A DNA stretch of 64,000 nucleotides, from the NCBI GenBank assembly GCA_951406725.2, contig OX597815.1:151900001-151964000 (forward strand). Reading direction: 5' to 3'. A program made the position numbers and the translations under genes. Positions 12,480 through 26,260 of the stretch are shown in pieces (position 1 is the first letter of the stretch; each line of letters starts with the position of its first letter). The notes under the pieces were generated by a model. That model saw only the letters and a program-made list of their open reading frames with translations, was not told where the DNA came from and ran no database searches. The DNA is from Octopus vulgaris (taxonomy: Eukaryota).

Positions 12480-14520
12480 CCCGCTGGATGTCAAACACTT
12501 GGCTAGTTCCATGTAGGTGATCAGTTCAAAAACACTTGTTACCGGACCCTAAAACAGTCAACTTCCAAAGCCAAACTTTGATTCCCCACCCCATTCCCTC
12601 TGATGCAATGGGGGATCTCATCATCAAAACGGTTAACAAGGGAGGAGCTGTGGTTATGTTGCATGAAGATCTCTACGGAGCTGAAGTTCTCCACCAAGAT
12701 ACACTTCTTTCTTTCATCATCTGCCCTCCAACCCATGCCTCACTACCAACAAGTTGCATCCTTCACTATTCGCAAACTCATTTCCACCTCCCTTCTATTC
12801 CACGTAATCTCCAACATCATTGTCCAGATCGCATGCACCCCTACCATTTACTTCCTCCCCATTCGGCTGTGCCATTGTCTCAGCCCTACAGAATTAATTT
12901 CCCAATATCTAACATCAACCTCATCCTCACGCCCCTCATCACTTCTCTTCTCTCCCACATTCACAACACCAATCATGCTCTTTATCTCTTTAATTCTTTC
13001 TCTTTTACACCTGAAACTTCCTGACTCCTGTTTACCATCAATATCAAGGCCGTCATAAATAAGGCCTCCTCACTGTCAAACATTTTTCTAGACCTCCGTC
13101 CCCATTCCCACCCAACCACTTATATCCTCATCTGGTGGGCTGAACTTGTTCTCAACTAAATTGCTTTTCATTTGCTAGAGAGTTCTATTGACTGCTCTCA
13201 GAAGTGGTTATAGGAACCTGTGTGGGCCAAAACTACATAAACCTGATTGTCGGCTATGTTGAAGCCCTATCTTGCCCAGGATATCAATCGTCTGGAAGTC
13301 GTTCAGTGACATGCAACCAAAAGAATACCCTCCATCAGGCATTTGCCATATTCTGAACGCCTTACTTCCCTGGGCATGGACACATTGAAACTCCGACGTC
13401 TGGCAGCTGACTTGGCAGACACACATAAAATTATTAACCATATTAAAAACAATAACTCTGAGCACCTTTTCAAACTCCACCCATCTAACACCCGTGGACA
13501 TATTTACAAAGTCAGAAAACAGCACAGCTCCCATGACTTTAGGAAACATTTTTTCACGCTGAGAGTTGCTGAAGCATGGAACAAACTGCCGGCGTCAGTT
13601 GTTAGTTGTCAGAGTACTGCATCCTTCAAAACTTCCATACTTTCTGAGATTCGCCAACACTACACCTGATTTTCTCCCCACCATACACACACAAGCATGT
13701 ATCTGACTCATACATTGTTCGCTTTCTAGACATTTGTACATTACTGCATATACTCTATATGCACTTTCTGACAAGTTGTGGTGCACCTGAGCACTGTATA
13801 CAATAATTTCATTATTATTATTATATTATTAAATACTCTCATAGTTCACTGGTCCCACTCCTGAGCTTTATCGTCGGTATATCAACGATTGCATCAGCAC
13901 CACCTCACTCACAGGCAAAAAACTAAGCTCCTCCCTCTCTTTCATCCAGTCCTTCCACCCCACCCTTGAATTCTCCTGCTCTATCTCCGACACCTCTGTT
14001 AACTTCCTCGATATTTCAGTTTCCATTAACTACCTTACCGCTTCCATCTACAAGAAGGATATGGACTCATGCTCCTACCTCAAATTCACTTCCTCCACCT
14101 CACTCACACCAAATTGTCCGCCTCCTACTTTCAGTTCCTCTCTCTCTCTCCATTGGCACTCTAATGACGGCAATGACTTCCAGACAGTCCCAACTCATGG
14201 CCTGCTACTTCAACTACCATGGATACACCCTCCACCATAATCCATGCTTCCCTCACTTACGCTTGAGTTATTGACCCAGCATCAAACCCCTGTGACTGTC
14301 CTACACTTACCCGCCTCCCCTCACCTATCCCCTCTACTCTTCCTCTTCATCACACTATTTTATGTACTTTCTGTGCACTTTAATCCGACCCCAACACTTC
14401 CTCTTTCTTCCCCAATCCCTTCCTTCAAACACACCCAAAATCTACATGGCTTACTGGTCTGGAGCTTTTCCCCCCTGCTTGGCAGTCAACCTCCACATAG
14501 CACCATATCCACCTTACATT
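12480..14520 (+). mobile_element. Degenerate Penelope-like retroelement, interrupted by a CR1 fragment
   Basis: Decayed PLE RT motifs: DLIIKTVNKGGAVV (for KPADKG), VIGTCVGQNY (for AMGT..GP.Y) near 13210, PELYRRYINDC (for YIDD) near 13860, and SVNFLDI near 14000. Confidence 0.7.
13261..13830 (+). mobile_element. 5'-truncated CR1/L2-group LINE 3' end nested in Penelope
   Basis: ORF 13343-13669 PYSERL..L.LRRL..DL...TRGH.YK...FFTLRV..AWNKLP, ending in an (ATT)n tail. Confidence 0.85.
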
Positions 14521-14969
14521 AAAACAACTCACACATATCAACTAATATACAGTGAATCATTGAAAGACCCTCTAAGTAGTCACCTGATCTACTAGAAATA
14601 GCAACCACACTTCCACTCAAATCACACTCCACTGCATTAGAAAGAAAATGGAATGGTCTTGATTAAAATGCCTATGCTGAGTTGAAGCTGATCTGGGACC
14701 GAACTACTCTTACTAATATTGGGTTGATGCATAATTATTGTGGCTTTTTTTTTCAACAAATTTAATTCAACAAAAACAATGACAACATGTAACAAAAAGC
14801 ATCAAGGAATGGACAGGTCGCAACACAGCAAACCTGCTATGCATGACAGAGAGCAGAGAACAGTGACAACAGTTGACTATAAAAGTAACTAGAGATGCAA
14901 CCCAACAACTGGCAGCATCATTTAAGGGATGCTGATGATGATGATTTCGAAACACAGTTGTTCTCTCAC

Positions 14970-15139
14970 CTTCATCAATGTCTTGTCTGTCGATGTCTTT
15001 GAGTTTCTGAGTGATCCATTCTGTATTGTTACACAGAGACATTTTTGGTTTTTGCCAGACACCAGTAAATGGTTTACACTTTTGTGTTGTGTTCGAGTGG
15101 CTTGTTGGAATTCCTAGATCTAAAGCTGTGCTGTAAGAA
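14970..15139 (-). CDS. Adhesion GPCR exon (HRM C-terminal half), phase 2-1
   Basis: ttatttttcag|T ... GAA G|gtgaga; 170 nt encoding SYSTALDLGIPTSHSNTTQKCKPFTGVWQKPKMSLCNNTEWITQKLKDIDRQDIDE, with the G.W..P..S.C HRM motif. Confidence 0.8.
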
Positions 15140-16668
15140 CTGAAAAATAAAAGTAAAATATTGTCAGTCATGTTTATTTGTGGTTATTTTATCAATCCCA
15201 CAGGAACATAAGGAAAATATTGGTCATGCTTGGATGTGAACTCATACTCTAGCAGGACAAACATAAATACAGAACATGTAAATAGTTTGTCCATCAACCT
15301 GTTGTTTGCACCAATTCACTGTCCACAAAAACCTAACAAAAACATTCCCTATCAAGATTTAACAAAAAATTACTGTCTACATCCATTTACTACTTTATGC
15401 TTTGTTATTTTTTATGATTATCTGATACAAGTTAGGTTTAAGTGGTATAAGTAATTAGGGCAATAGCCTGCTAATTAAAGTTGAGGAATGGGGTCAAATG
15501 TTCATATTGCATCTCTAGCCTTCTGTTACATTCCTAACAATAGATTAGATTTATCATTTAACGGATCTGTATTTGCCTAGCCAAAAAATAAGTGCTCTAA
15601 GTAGTGAAGTAAAGTTGGGTCAATGAATAGGACAGTAAAACATGTATGATGGAATAGAGGAGTTCCCTGCTGAAAAACAACAACTAAAAAAAAAAAAAAA
15701 ATACAATCCACAGTACCAAGAAGAAATAAAGTTTACAGGCAGAAACATTTGACATAGATATTACATAACTAATTAGTGGTTTCAATATAGACATTATATA
15801 AATAATTATCATTATGTTATAGGTATTATATAAATAGTTATTGTTATATTACAGACATTATCTATATTATAATGGAGAAGGCTGTTTATTAATTAGATAT
15901 GCAACAATTACTAAAAGTACTAAAAGAAAGCTATTATTAAAGGGTTGACAGTCTGGAAATATTTTTATAAATTCATGTCCTAAGAAATTTCCTATAATTT
16001 CAATTTCTCTAAGTTTATTGAATTTTAACTCCAATTTCTTACAAATTTAAGTATTCATTGTGTCCAATTCATCACAAATTTAAATATTTATTGTATTCAC
16101 TGTGGAGTATTCCATTTTCATTTACAAAGTCTCTCACTTTCTCTTTTAAGTTTTAATTCACTGTTAATGCAAAAACATTATTTATTGAATGAAAATTTTT
16201 TAAAATACAGGTATGATTTTTGAATGCTCGATAGCTGTGAGAAGAGCATTCAGAAAGCTGGGTAATTACTATTAGAAGACAAGGAGACAAAAAAAAAAAA
16301 TGTTACCGTCAAGTACAAGTAACTTGCACCTTATTCACAGTTTCCAAGCACGACTTCAACAGTGACACACACACACACACACTCGTGTACACACATAGAT
16401 ACAAATACACACAAATGATTAATTAGGATTTCATTAGATTACAGTTCATGCTGAAATCTTCCTCTGAGTAAAAGTACCATGAATGCAATGTTTAAGCAGT
16501 GTTAGGCATGGATGTGAGGTAAGGTGTTTGCTTCCCAACTACATGGTTCAGGGTTCTGTCCTGCTGCGTGTCACCTTGGGCAAGTGCTTTCTACCAAATC
16601 CTTGGGTAACCAAAGCCTTTTTTTTTTGTCTCCTTGTCTTCTAATAGTAATTACCCAGCTTTCAAAAA

Positions 16669-19600
16669 TCTATATATAAAACTGAGAATGTGTGTCTGTC
16701 TGTCTGTCTGTCTGTGTGTTTCCCTAAAACTTGAGAACTACACAACCAGTTTCATTCAAATTTTACACATGCCTTAAGGTCCGGGGAGTGTCATCGGCAA
16801 AATTTTAACTTTTTCCCTGGGGCGACCCCACAGCAATATCATATTTTCTCCACTATTTCAGTATTAAGTGTTAAAAGTGAAACAAAAACATCTTTCTATT
16901 GTAATGCAGACACTTTCATTTTAATACTGAAACTATTAAACTGAAAGTATTATATAACAGGGATGAACCATTAAAAGTGGTCATCCTTTTTGCTAGAAGA
17001 AGATCCGCTATGGTTTATATGCTACACCACTGGTTTTCAATTCATATTAATCAAATTAATATTCAATTTTTAACCCTCATTATGTGTGTGTGTGTGTTAG
17101 CAATTCGTATAAAATTGCAGCAATACCTTGAACTTGAATAAGTGGTTTCACATAAATGGGGATACATTAAAAAGGTTTGTTGTTATTATTATTACTGTTT
17201 GACTATTGTAATCACGTTTGTTGGTTCCTTGTCAGGGAAACGTTGTTGTGTTGCATTTGTTAAATAATTGTAAACCGTAACCCTTCCCCTTTTGGAGAAG
17301 GGGCTTTGGTTATTGTTTAAAAATTGAATTGTGTCCCTGTTTGGGGAAATTGACAATATTTTCACTGTCTTTACGGAAGCATTTTTGTTAAAATGCCTTC
17401 GATAGAAGAAAGTCCAAAAATGAATTTTGCTGCAGCCGTATACAAGAGGGAGGACAAGATCCAATTGATTGAAATTGCAAGAGACGGGCCTACAATTCCA
17501 GTCTGTTATATATTTTGAGTATTGTTATCACTAGCGATATCAAGATATAACTTTGTATTTTGTATTTTATGTGTAGATGTATATATATAGATGTACATGT
17601 AATATGTACACATATATATACACATATATACATGCATAATATATCTACCCATACACACTTACACACACACACACATACATAGGGGAAGGTGTGGCTGTGT
17701 GGTAACAAACTACGTTCCAGATACATGGTCCTAGGTTCAGTCACACTGTGTGGTGACTTGGCATGTGTCTTCTGCTGTAGCCTCAGAACAACAAAAGCCT
17801 TCTCAGTGGATTTTGTACATATATACAGACATACATACATATATATACTTGCATACGTACATATTTGGTATAAACACTCGACCACTACAACTAATAACAG
17901 TTGGGAACACTTTCAAACCTGTCTTACATTTGAATCGGAATTTCCATCTGAAGTTAATCTCTCTCATGGAGCTCATACAAAAAGGGAAAGTCTTTCGGCC
18001 CATACAATGTGACATGTACACAATCGAGTGGCAAAAAAGGGGCCTTCCACATGCTCATATCCTGCTTTGGCTCTCAGCGAAGATCAATTCCAATGACATT
18101 GATAAGATAATCTCTGCAGAGCTTCCTGATCCAGCTTTAGACAAAGAACTATACGAAATAGATAAAGCAAACATGGTACATGGTCCATGTGGGTGTGGAT
18201 TCAACATAAACACACCATGCTTGAAGGACAGCATATGTTCAAAAAGATTTCCAAGGAGGTTCCTACAAGAAACTCAGACAGGTGCTGATGGGTATCCATC
18301 TATCAGATGCAGAAAACCAGAAGACGGAGGTTTCACAGCAACTATCGGACAGCACGATATTGATAATAGATGGATTGTTCCATACTCCCCACTCCTGTCA
18401 AAGATTTTCAATGCCCACATCAACGTTGAGTTTTGCAACTCCATTAAATCCATCAAGTACGTTTGCAAATATGTAAACAAGGGTTCTGATGCTGCAATGT
18501 TTGGACTTCAACAAGCATACTGCCAGGATGAGGTGACGCATTATCAGGTGGGATGGTACATAAGTAGCAACGAGGCTTTCAGGAGCATCTTTGGCTTTCC
18601 AATTCAACAACGACACCCCACCATTTAACAGCTTGCAGTGAACCTGGAAAATGGTCAAAGAGTGTACTTCACTGATGCTAATGCTTCTCTGTTGGCAGAG
18701 GAACCAAGGGACAGCATACTCACTGCATTCTTCAAGCTTTGTCAAGTGGATCCATTCACTCAAACCTTGCTGTATCCACAGATTCCATCGTACAACACTT
18801 GGAATGGAAAAAAATTGGCCCCATAGAAATCAGGTCAAAATGTTCATGGATACTCTGGCATTAAGTTTCACACTTGCCTTGAGCGAGTATACACAGTGCA
18901 TCCCACTCAACAAGAGTACTTCTACCTTCATTTACTACTGCATGAGGTCAGAGGGCCAACGTCTTTCCAGGCCCTAAAAACCGTTCATGGACATGTCTGC
19001 ACAACATACAGAGAAGCCTGCTATCGACAAGGTCTTTTAGAAGATGGTGCACAATGGGATGCAACTTTAGGAGAGGCTGCTTTATCACAATCATCTAAAG
19101 GCCTCAGGGCACTATTTGCAGTATTACTACAGGCATGTGAACTGTGTGATCCGGCCACTCTATGGCTCAAATAAAGAGACAACCTGGCTGAAGACCTTCA
19201 GCGCCAAGCTCAACTGCTCTATCCTGACATGGAGGGTATCAGCAATGAAATCTATAACAAAACTCTCATCGACATTGAAAACAGAATTGCTAAACTGGGT
19301 GGAAATGAATTGTCGACGTATGGCCTGCCACAAGCATTCAGGTTAGGGTCAAATAGCCTTTCCACTGCTGTCATTCGTGAAATAACCTATGACACTCAAG
19401 CGCTTTCAAAGTACATTGTTGAAAATGAGACTAATTTACTTCTGGACCAGCTGCAGGCCTACAGAACTATTCTTAACAGTGTATGCCAATGCGAGGGACG
19501 AATCTTCTTCCTCGATGCTCCTAGAGGGACAGGAAAAACATTTATTACAAAGCTTCTCCTTGCAGAAGTTAGGCAGCATCAGGACATTCCAGTAGCTGTA

Positions 19601-20963
19601 GCCTCCTCTGGCATTGCAGCTACTGTGTTACCCGGTGGCAGGACAGCACACTCAACTTTTAAACTCCCTCTCAAATTAGCAGCATCTGAAATGCCTTCAT
19701 GCAACAGCAACAAAAGCTCAGATCAGGGATAAGTGCTTAAAATTTGTCATCTAATTGTCTGGGATGAGTGTACTATGGCTCACAAGGGAGCTTTGGAAGC
19801 ATTAGATAGAGCCCTGAAAGACATCCGAGACTGTCAGGCTCCAATGGGAGGTGTAACGCCTCTGTTGTCAGGTGATTTCAGGCAAACTCTTCCTCTCATT
19901 CCGAAAGGCACTAGAGCAGATGAAGTCCAAGCATGCCTAAAGTCCTCTACCCTGTTGCATTATGTTACAATCCTCAGTCTCACCACTAACATGAAAGCTC
20001 AGCTACACGGCGACAAAATGCCCACAAAGTTTGCACAGGACATTTTGACACTTGGTGAAGGCAAGATGCCTCTCGATGCTGCAGAGCAGTCATTTTCCTC
20101 TGTTGTTAATTCTGTAGATGTCCTCAAAAACAAAGTCTTTCCCACCTTCTCACAAAACTACCAAAATCACAATTGGCTTTGTGAAAGAGCAATATTAGTT
20201 CCAAAAAACGTTGCTGCTGTTAACAAAATTAATCAACAGCTAATGCATTCTCTTCCCAGCACTATACACACTTACAAGTCTGTTGATACAATTCCAGATA
20301 TAAATGAAGTTGTGAACTATCCTCCTGAATTTCTCAATTCACTGGAGCCTCCTAGACTACCTCCACTCATATTAGCACTTAAAGTTGGAACTCCTGTAAT
20401 GCTACTCCGCAATCTGAAACCACCAAGACTTTGCAATGGAACATGACTGGTGATAAAGAAAATGATTTCACACGTTATCGAGGCGATCATTCTTACTGGA
20501 TGTGGAAAAGGTGATGACGTCTTTATTCCAAGAATTCCTCTTACTCCATCAAGAGCAGAAATTCCATTTACATTCAGAAGACTGCAATTCCCCCTTCGTG
20601 TCAGCTTTGCCATGTCCATTAACAAATCTCAGGGTCAAACCCTCTCTGTAGCTGGTCTTCTCTTGGAAGAGCCCTGCTTCTCGCATGGGCAACTGTATGT
20701 TGGCTGCTCAAGAGTAGGAACCAAAGAAACCTTTTTGTATATGCTCCACAAGGAAAAACAAGGAACATTGTTTACAACGAGGTGTTATAATCTCAACAGC
20801 CAGGAGGTATATACATGATCCCCTTTTTTTTAACAAACTTCATGTACTGTCATGTATTTATATTAATATACATATATGTGTGTGTGTGTATCCATATATA
20901 TATAACAGAAAAGTCTAATTCTTCAACTGAATGTAACCTGGCAACGCCGGGTATTTCTGCTAG
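16669..20963 (+). mobile_element. Helitron with decayed Rep-Pif1 helicase
   Basis: 5' A|TCTATATA; 3' hairpin ACCTGGCAACGCCGGGT followed by CTAG|T. Rep motifs EWQKRGLPHAH and KYVCKYVNKG. Helicase motifs APRGTGKT, WDECTM, GDFRQTLP, QFPLRVSFAMSINKSQGQT and HGQLYVGCSRV are spread over stop- and frameshift-broken ORFs 17900-20790. Confidence 0.92.
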
Positions 20964-21123
20964 TAGATATATATATGTGTGTGTGTGTGTGTGTATGTTT
21001 GTCCACAACACTGCTTGACAACTGGTGTTGGTTTGTTTACATCCATGTAACATAGTGGTTTGACAGAAGAGACCGGTAGAATAAGTAGGCTTAAAAAAAT
21101 GCACTGGGGCTGATTTGGTGGAG

Positions 21124-21165
<42 letters not shown>

Positions 21166-21529
21166 TAAATAAATGGCACAACGAAGTACCGATATTTACT
21201 GGAAAATAGCGAACGTAATAAATACGACGCTAATGTATAGCTTCACTGCTCATGTACTAGTAAAGATGCGTGTGTGCAGCAAACATGAAAAAAATTGTCT
21301 TACCTCTAGGGAGAACATCTGAAAAATGAAATACCTAGCAGTGGATAATGTGGTACGGCTTTCAGATTCTTCAAAATACGTCTGCCAACATATATTTGAT
21401 TTATCCTCATCAGCCACATATACCTCGACACTATTTCAAATGTTGCCACATCTATGCCAGTACACTCGGCTGAACGCCAAAACGTTGACAGAACGAGAAC
21501 AGTGAAGAAGTTTCAATGAAAATAGTATT

Positions 21530-24500
21530 CATCATCATCGTTTAACGTCGGTTCTCCATGCTAGCATGGGTTGGACAGTTCGACCGGGGATCTGGGAAGC
21601 CAGAAGGCTGTACCAGGCTCCAGTCTTATCTGGCAATGTTACCTACAGCTGGATGCCCTTCCTAACACCAACCACTCCGTGAGTGTAGTGGGTGCTTTTT
21701 ACGTGCCACCCGCACAGGTGCCAGGCGAGGCTGGCAACAGAAGCCAGTCGAGGCGGCGCTGGCATCGGCCATGAGTCGGATAGTGCTTTTTATGTACCAC
21801 CAGTCCAGGGGTCCTGGCATCTGCCGGGTGCCAGTCAATAGGATTGGTTCAATTCGATTTCGATTTCGATTTCACTTGCCCCAACATGTCTTCGCAAGCA
21901 AAGGGGGTTGGCATGGGTGCCTGTCGTCGGATGAGGTTCTATATCGACTTTGCTTGCCTCAACAGGTCTTTGTGTCCAAAGGAGGAAAGGCATGCATTTG
22001 TGGGCTGGGCTCACTTGTCCTGCCTGGTCTTCTCACGTACAGCATATTTCCAAAGGTCTCGGTCGCTGGTCATTTCCTCAGTGAGGCCTAAAGTTCGAAG
22101 GTCATGCTTCACCACCTCGTCCCAGGTTTTCCTGGGTCTACCTCTTCCACGGGCTCCCTCAACTGCGAGGGATTGGCACTTTCTCACACACCTATCTTCA
22201 TCCATTCTCGCCACATGACCATACCAGCGCAATCGTCTTTCTTGCACACCACAACTGATGCTTCGTGGTACAACATTTCTCTCAAGGTACTAACGCTCTG
22301 TCGAGTATGTACACTGACATTACACATCCATCGGAGCATACTGGCTTCATTCCTCGCGAGCTTACGCATGTCCTCAGCAGTCACGGCCCATGTTTCACTG
22401 CCATGTAGCATGGCTGTTCGTACACATGCATCATACAGTCTGCCTTTTACTCTGAGCGAGAGGCCTTTAGTCACCAGCAGAGGTAAGAGCTCCCTAAACT
22501 TTGCCCAGGCTATTCTTATTCTAGCAGTTACACTTTCAGCGCACCCACCCTCACTACTGACTTGGTCACTTAGATAACGGAAGCTATCAACTACTTCTAG
22601 TTTTTCCCCCTGGAAAGTGACGGAAGTTGTTTTCTGCAGATTTTCGGAGGTTAATGCTCCCGAGCATCTGCCACATACAAAAACTATCTTCCCAGTTAGC
22701 CTACCTTTGACATTGCTGCACCTCTTATGTGTCCATAGTTTCTTACACTGGGTACATCTTATAGAGTTTCTACCTACACCTTTTCTACAGATCGAGCAGG
22801 GCCATCTACCTGAAGATATTTGTGGATTGTCTACCTTCCTACTTATTAGGACTTTGGTTTTAGCTAGGTTGACTCTAAGGCCCCTCGATTCTAAACCCTC
22901 CTTCCACACCTGGAACTTCTCCTCCAGTTCTGATAGTGACTCAGCAATTAGAGCAAGGTCGTCAGCATAGAGGAGCTCCCAGGGGCAACCTGTCTTGAAT
23001 TCCTCCGTAATTGCCTGGAGGACTATGATAAATAGGAGGGGGCTGAGTACTGAACCCTGGTGGACTCCAACCTCTACTTTGAATTCTTCTGTGTACATGT
23101 TGCCAATCCTAACCTTACTTACGGCATCTCTGTACATGGCTTGCACAGCCCTCACCAGCCATTCATCGATCCCTAGTTTCCTCAGTGACCACCAGATAAG
23201 GGATCGGGGGACCCTATCAAAGGCTTTCTCCATGTCAACGAGAGCCAGGTACAGGGGCTTATCTTTGGCTAGGTATTTCTCCTGCAGCTGCCTTACCAGG
23301 AATATAGCATCAGTGGTACTTTTCCCTGGCACGAACCCAAACTGCATCTCATCTAAACTCTCTCTCTAATTAGTTGGGCTATGACCCTCTCCGTAACCTT
23401 CATTACCTGATCCAACAGTTTGATACTTCTATATTTATTTGTATCTAGGGCGTCACCTTTACCTTTGTAGCAGTTGACTAGTATGCTGCTGCACCAGTCA
23501 TTGGGTATGACTCCTTCGTGTATCACCTGGTTGACTATATGGGTGACTAGGTTATAGCCGACACTGCCAGATATTTTGAGCATCTCTGCAGTAATTCCTG
23601 ATGGGCCTGGGGCTTTCCCTGTCTTCATGCTTCTAATTGCTTTAACTACCAAAGAATTTTCAACTCGGATAGCTGGTCCCTCTGTTGGGTTGACATTCGG
23701 CAGACTCTCTTTATCCCATTAATTTTCTTTATTCAGCAACCTTTCATAGTGGCATCTCCAAACCTCTCTCTTTGCATCCTCATTTAGCGCAAGTGAACCA
23801 TCATCCATGTGAACACACTTCTCTCCTACCACATCACGATTCTCTCTCACACACTGTCTTGCAACACGAAATACCTCAAGTCTTTCATCCTCACGGCTCA
23901 GAACATTGGCAAATTTTTTTTTATCCACTTCCCCTCTGGCTAAATAAACTTGTCTCCTAGCTTCCCTCCTGGCTGTCTGATACAATTCCCTGCTACCACC
24001 GTTCTTCCAGTCCTTCCAAGCCTGTCTCTTTTGTCTAAATGCCCTGTCAACCACAGTGTTCCACCACCACGTTACTCTGGGTCGAGATGGTACTTTGCTC
24101 CATCCACAGATCTGGTCCAGTTGTCTTCCACATTAAGTGAAGCTATATCTCCTTCTATTTCGTCAAAGGCTTCGAGTAGTATGACTCTAAATCTCTGTCC
24201 ATTTGCAGGATCTTTAAGCTTCCAGACCCTTCTCCTCCAAGCTGGTCTTCTTCTGGGCAACCATTTAGCTCTGATCCTGAAGTCGCTAACTACTAATCTA
24301 TGTTGAGGAGTACATTCTTCGCCTGGAAAGGTTTTGGCATTTATAAGCAGCCCTCTTTCCCTTTTTCTGGCAAGGATGTAGTCAATCTGGCTAGTGTGTC
24401 TGCCAGAACGGTAGGTGACTAGGTGAGAGGTGGGTTTCCTGAAGTTGGTATTGCAGACCATAAGGTCATTTGCATCACAGAACTCCAGCAGCCTGGTTCC

Positions 24501-24780
24501 CTCCTCATTACGAGAGCCAAAACCGTAGCCTCCACGAACGCCATGGAAGCCCCCGACATGCCGTCCAACATGTCCATTGAAATCACCTGCCACGAAGAGA
24601 AGGTCACTGTCATTTGTCAACGAGGTAGTCCGCAATAGGGTGTCATAGAATTCGTCTTTTTGTCCTTCGGGTAGCCCTGGTTGAGGGGCATATGCCGAGA
24701 TGATGGTAGCTGACCTATGGTGAAGGACTAATCTAATTTTAATTACTCTGTCACTTACTATTTTCATTGCATTACTATTT
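21530..24780 (-). mobile_element. RTE-clade LINE, APE+RT, 5'-truncated and frameshifted
   Basis: APE motifs (SAYAPQ, GDFNGHVG, QIDYIL, HRLVV) and RT motifs (QFGFVPGKST, DMEKAFD, QGSVLSP, YADD), an internal Cys-rich finger, the RTE C-terminus and a (GAT)n tail. Confidence 0.93.
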
Positions 24781-24796
24781 TCATATATATATATAT

Positions 24797-25124
24797 CATC
24801 ATCATCATCATCATCATCGTTTAACGTCCGCTTTCCCATGCTAGCATGGGTTGGACGGTTCAACTGGGGTCTGGCAAGCTCGAAGGCTGCACCAGGCCAG
24901 TCAGATCTGGCAGTGTTTCTACAGCTGAATGCCCTTCCTAACGCCAACCACTCCGAGAGTGTAGTAGGTGATTTTATGTGCCACCGACACAGGTGCCAGA
25001 TGAGGCTGGCAGACGGCCACGCTCGGATGGTGTTTTTATGTACCACCGACACAGGTGCCAGACGAGGCTGGCGAACGGCCACACTCGGATGGTGTTTGTT
25101 ACATGCCCTCAGCACGGAGGCCAG

Positions 25125-25127
<3 letters not shown>
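24797..25127 (-). mobile_element. RTE 3'-UTR/SINE-like tail copy
   Basis: Same tail sequence as 8600-8875, in reverse orientation. Confidence 0.75.
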
Positions 25128-25188
<61 letters not shown>

Positions 25189-25639
25189 TATATATTAGGT
25201 AGTGGTAATGTTATGGGAATGTCTGTTGATGACATTTAGTGTTAAATGACCATGTATATATAATCTTATTCAGTAGATGAATGCCTTCCTTTTCTTCATC
25301 CTCTCTTCATTCCATCCCCTCCCTTCTTTTTCTCTTTCTTTTTCTTTCCTCTTCTTTTCATCATCCTCATTATCATCATCGTTGTCATCATCTGTCACAA
25401 CAGCAGCTATACATCCAGTTTTCCATAATTAGACTGGTTTGATTAATTGCACCTGCCGACTTTATCTTAAAACTTATAAATCTCAGCCTCTGAGAGGAAC
25501 AAATTAGGGGATTAGTAAGTGGAATGGTGTGGTAGAAATCAGAAAAGAGTCACCTTGTAACATCATCTATGAAGAGTTAAGTCCCAGGACAACCTGCTTT
25601 CTTTGCTTCCCATCATATTCTATTCTTTATCATAAAATT

Positions 25640-25770
25640 ATATAAAGTGGTGTTATGTTGCCAATTTAATGTGGCAGTCCCATGAAAGGGAAGAATATTA
25701 CTGCTATTTAGCCGTAGGAAACACCATGGGATTGCCACATTTAAGTTGGCAACATAACATCACTTTATCG
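25640..25770. repeat. Palindromic MITE-like hairpin
   Basis: ATAAAGTGGTGTTATGTTGCCAATTTAATGTGGCAGTCCCATG is followed, after a short spacer, by CATGGGATTGCCACATTTAAGTTGGCAACATAACATCACTTTAT. Confidence 0.7.
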
Positions 25771-26145
25771 TGCTGCTACTGTATAAATCTCTCTGAGAGA
25801 TTTAGAAATGCAATATTTCTATTAAATAAAATTACCTTGAAATCAATAGAATTGCTTCATAAATTCTATTGGCTGTATCTTCCCTTACATTTTTTTGTAA
25901 CTTGAGAATCCTGGAATCACATGAATCTTTCCAAATCTTTTAAAGCTTTGTCTAACATTGACAACAAACCAAGCATTGGTAGTTAGACCAAAGCAAAATT
26001 ATGCCATATACCAAGTAAATGTAAAATAGGTGTGTTCAATGATTTGAACTGATGGATATTAATTCTGTCATCTAAATCTCTTGTGAAAATGATGACACAA
26101 TGAAAACTTTGAAATTAGAAAAAGAATAAAACAATACAAACGAAC

Positions 26146-26260
26146 CAGTATCTTGTTGCTATATTCGCATGACATGGAATTGTCACAGAAGTTCTTACTT
26201 TTGTCATTGGCCAGTTGAAAAATATATTGTCAGTAAATATTGTGTCTTCATTACAAATCG
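26146..26260 (-). CDS. Adhesion GPCR exon (HRM N-terminal half), phase 1-2
   Basis: gtttcttttacag|CG ... TG|gttcgt; 115 nt encoding ICNEDTIFTDNIFFNWPMTKVRTSVTIPCHANIATRY-C, the classic HRM C..WP.T.....PC....A.R.C pattern. The split codon TG|T gives Cys with the next exon. This exon is not in the ORF track. Confidence 0.82.
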
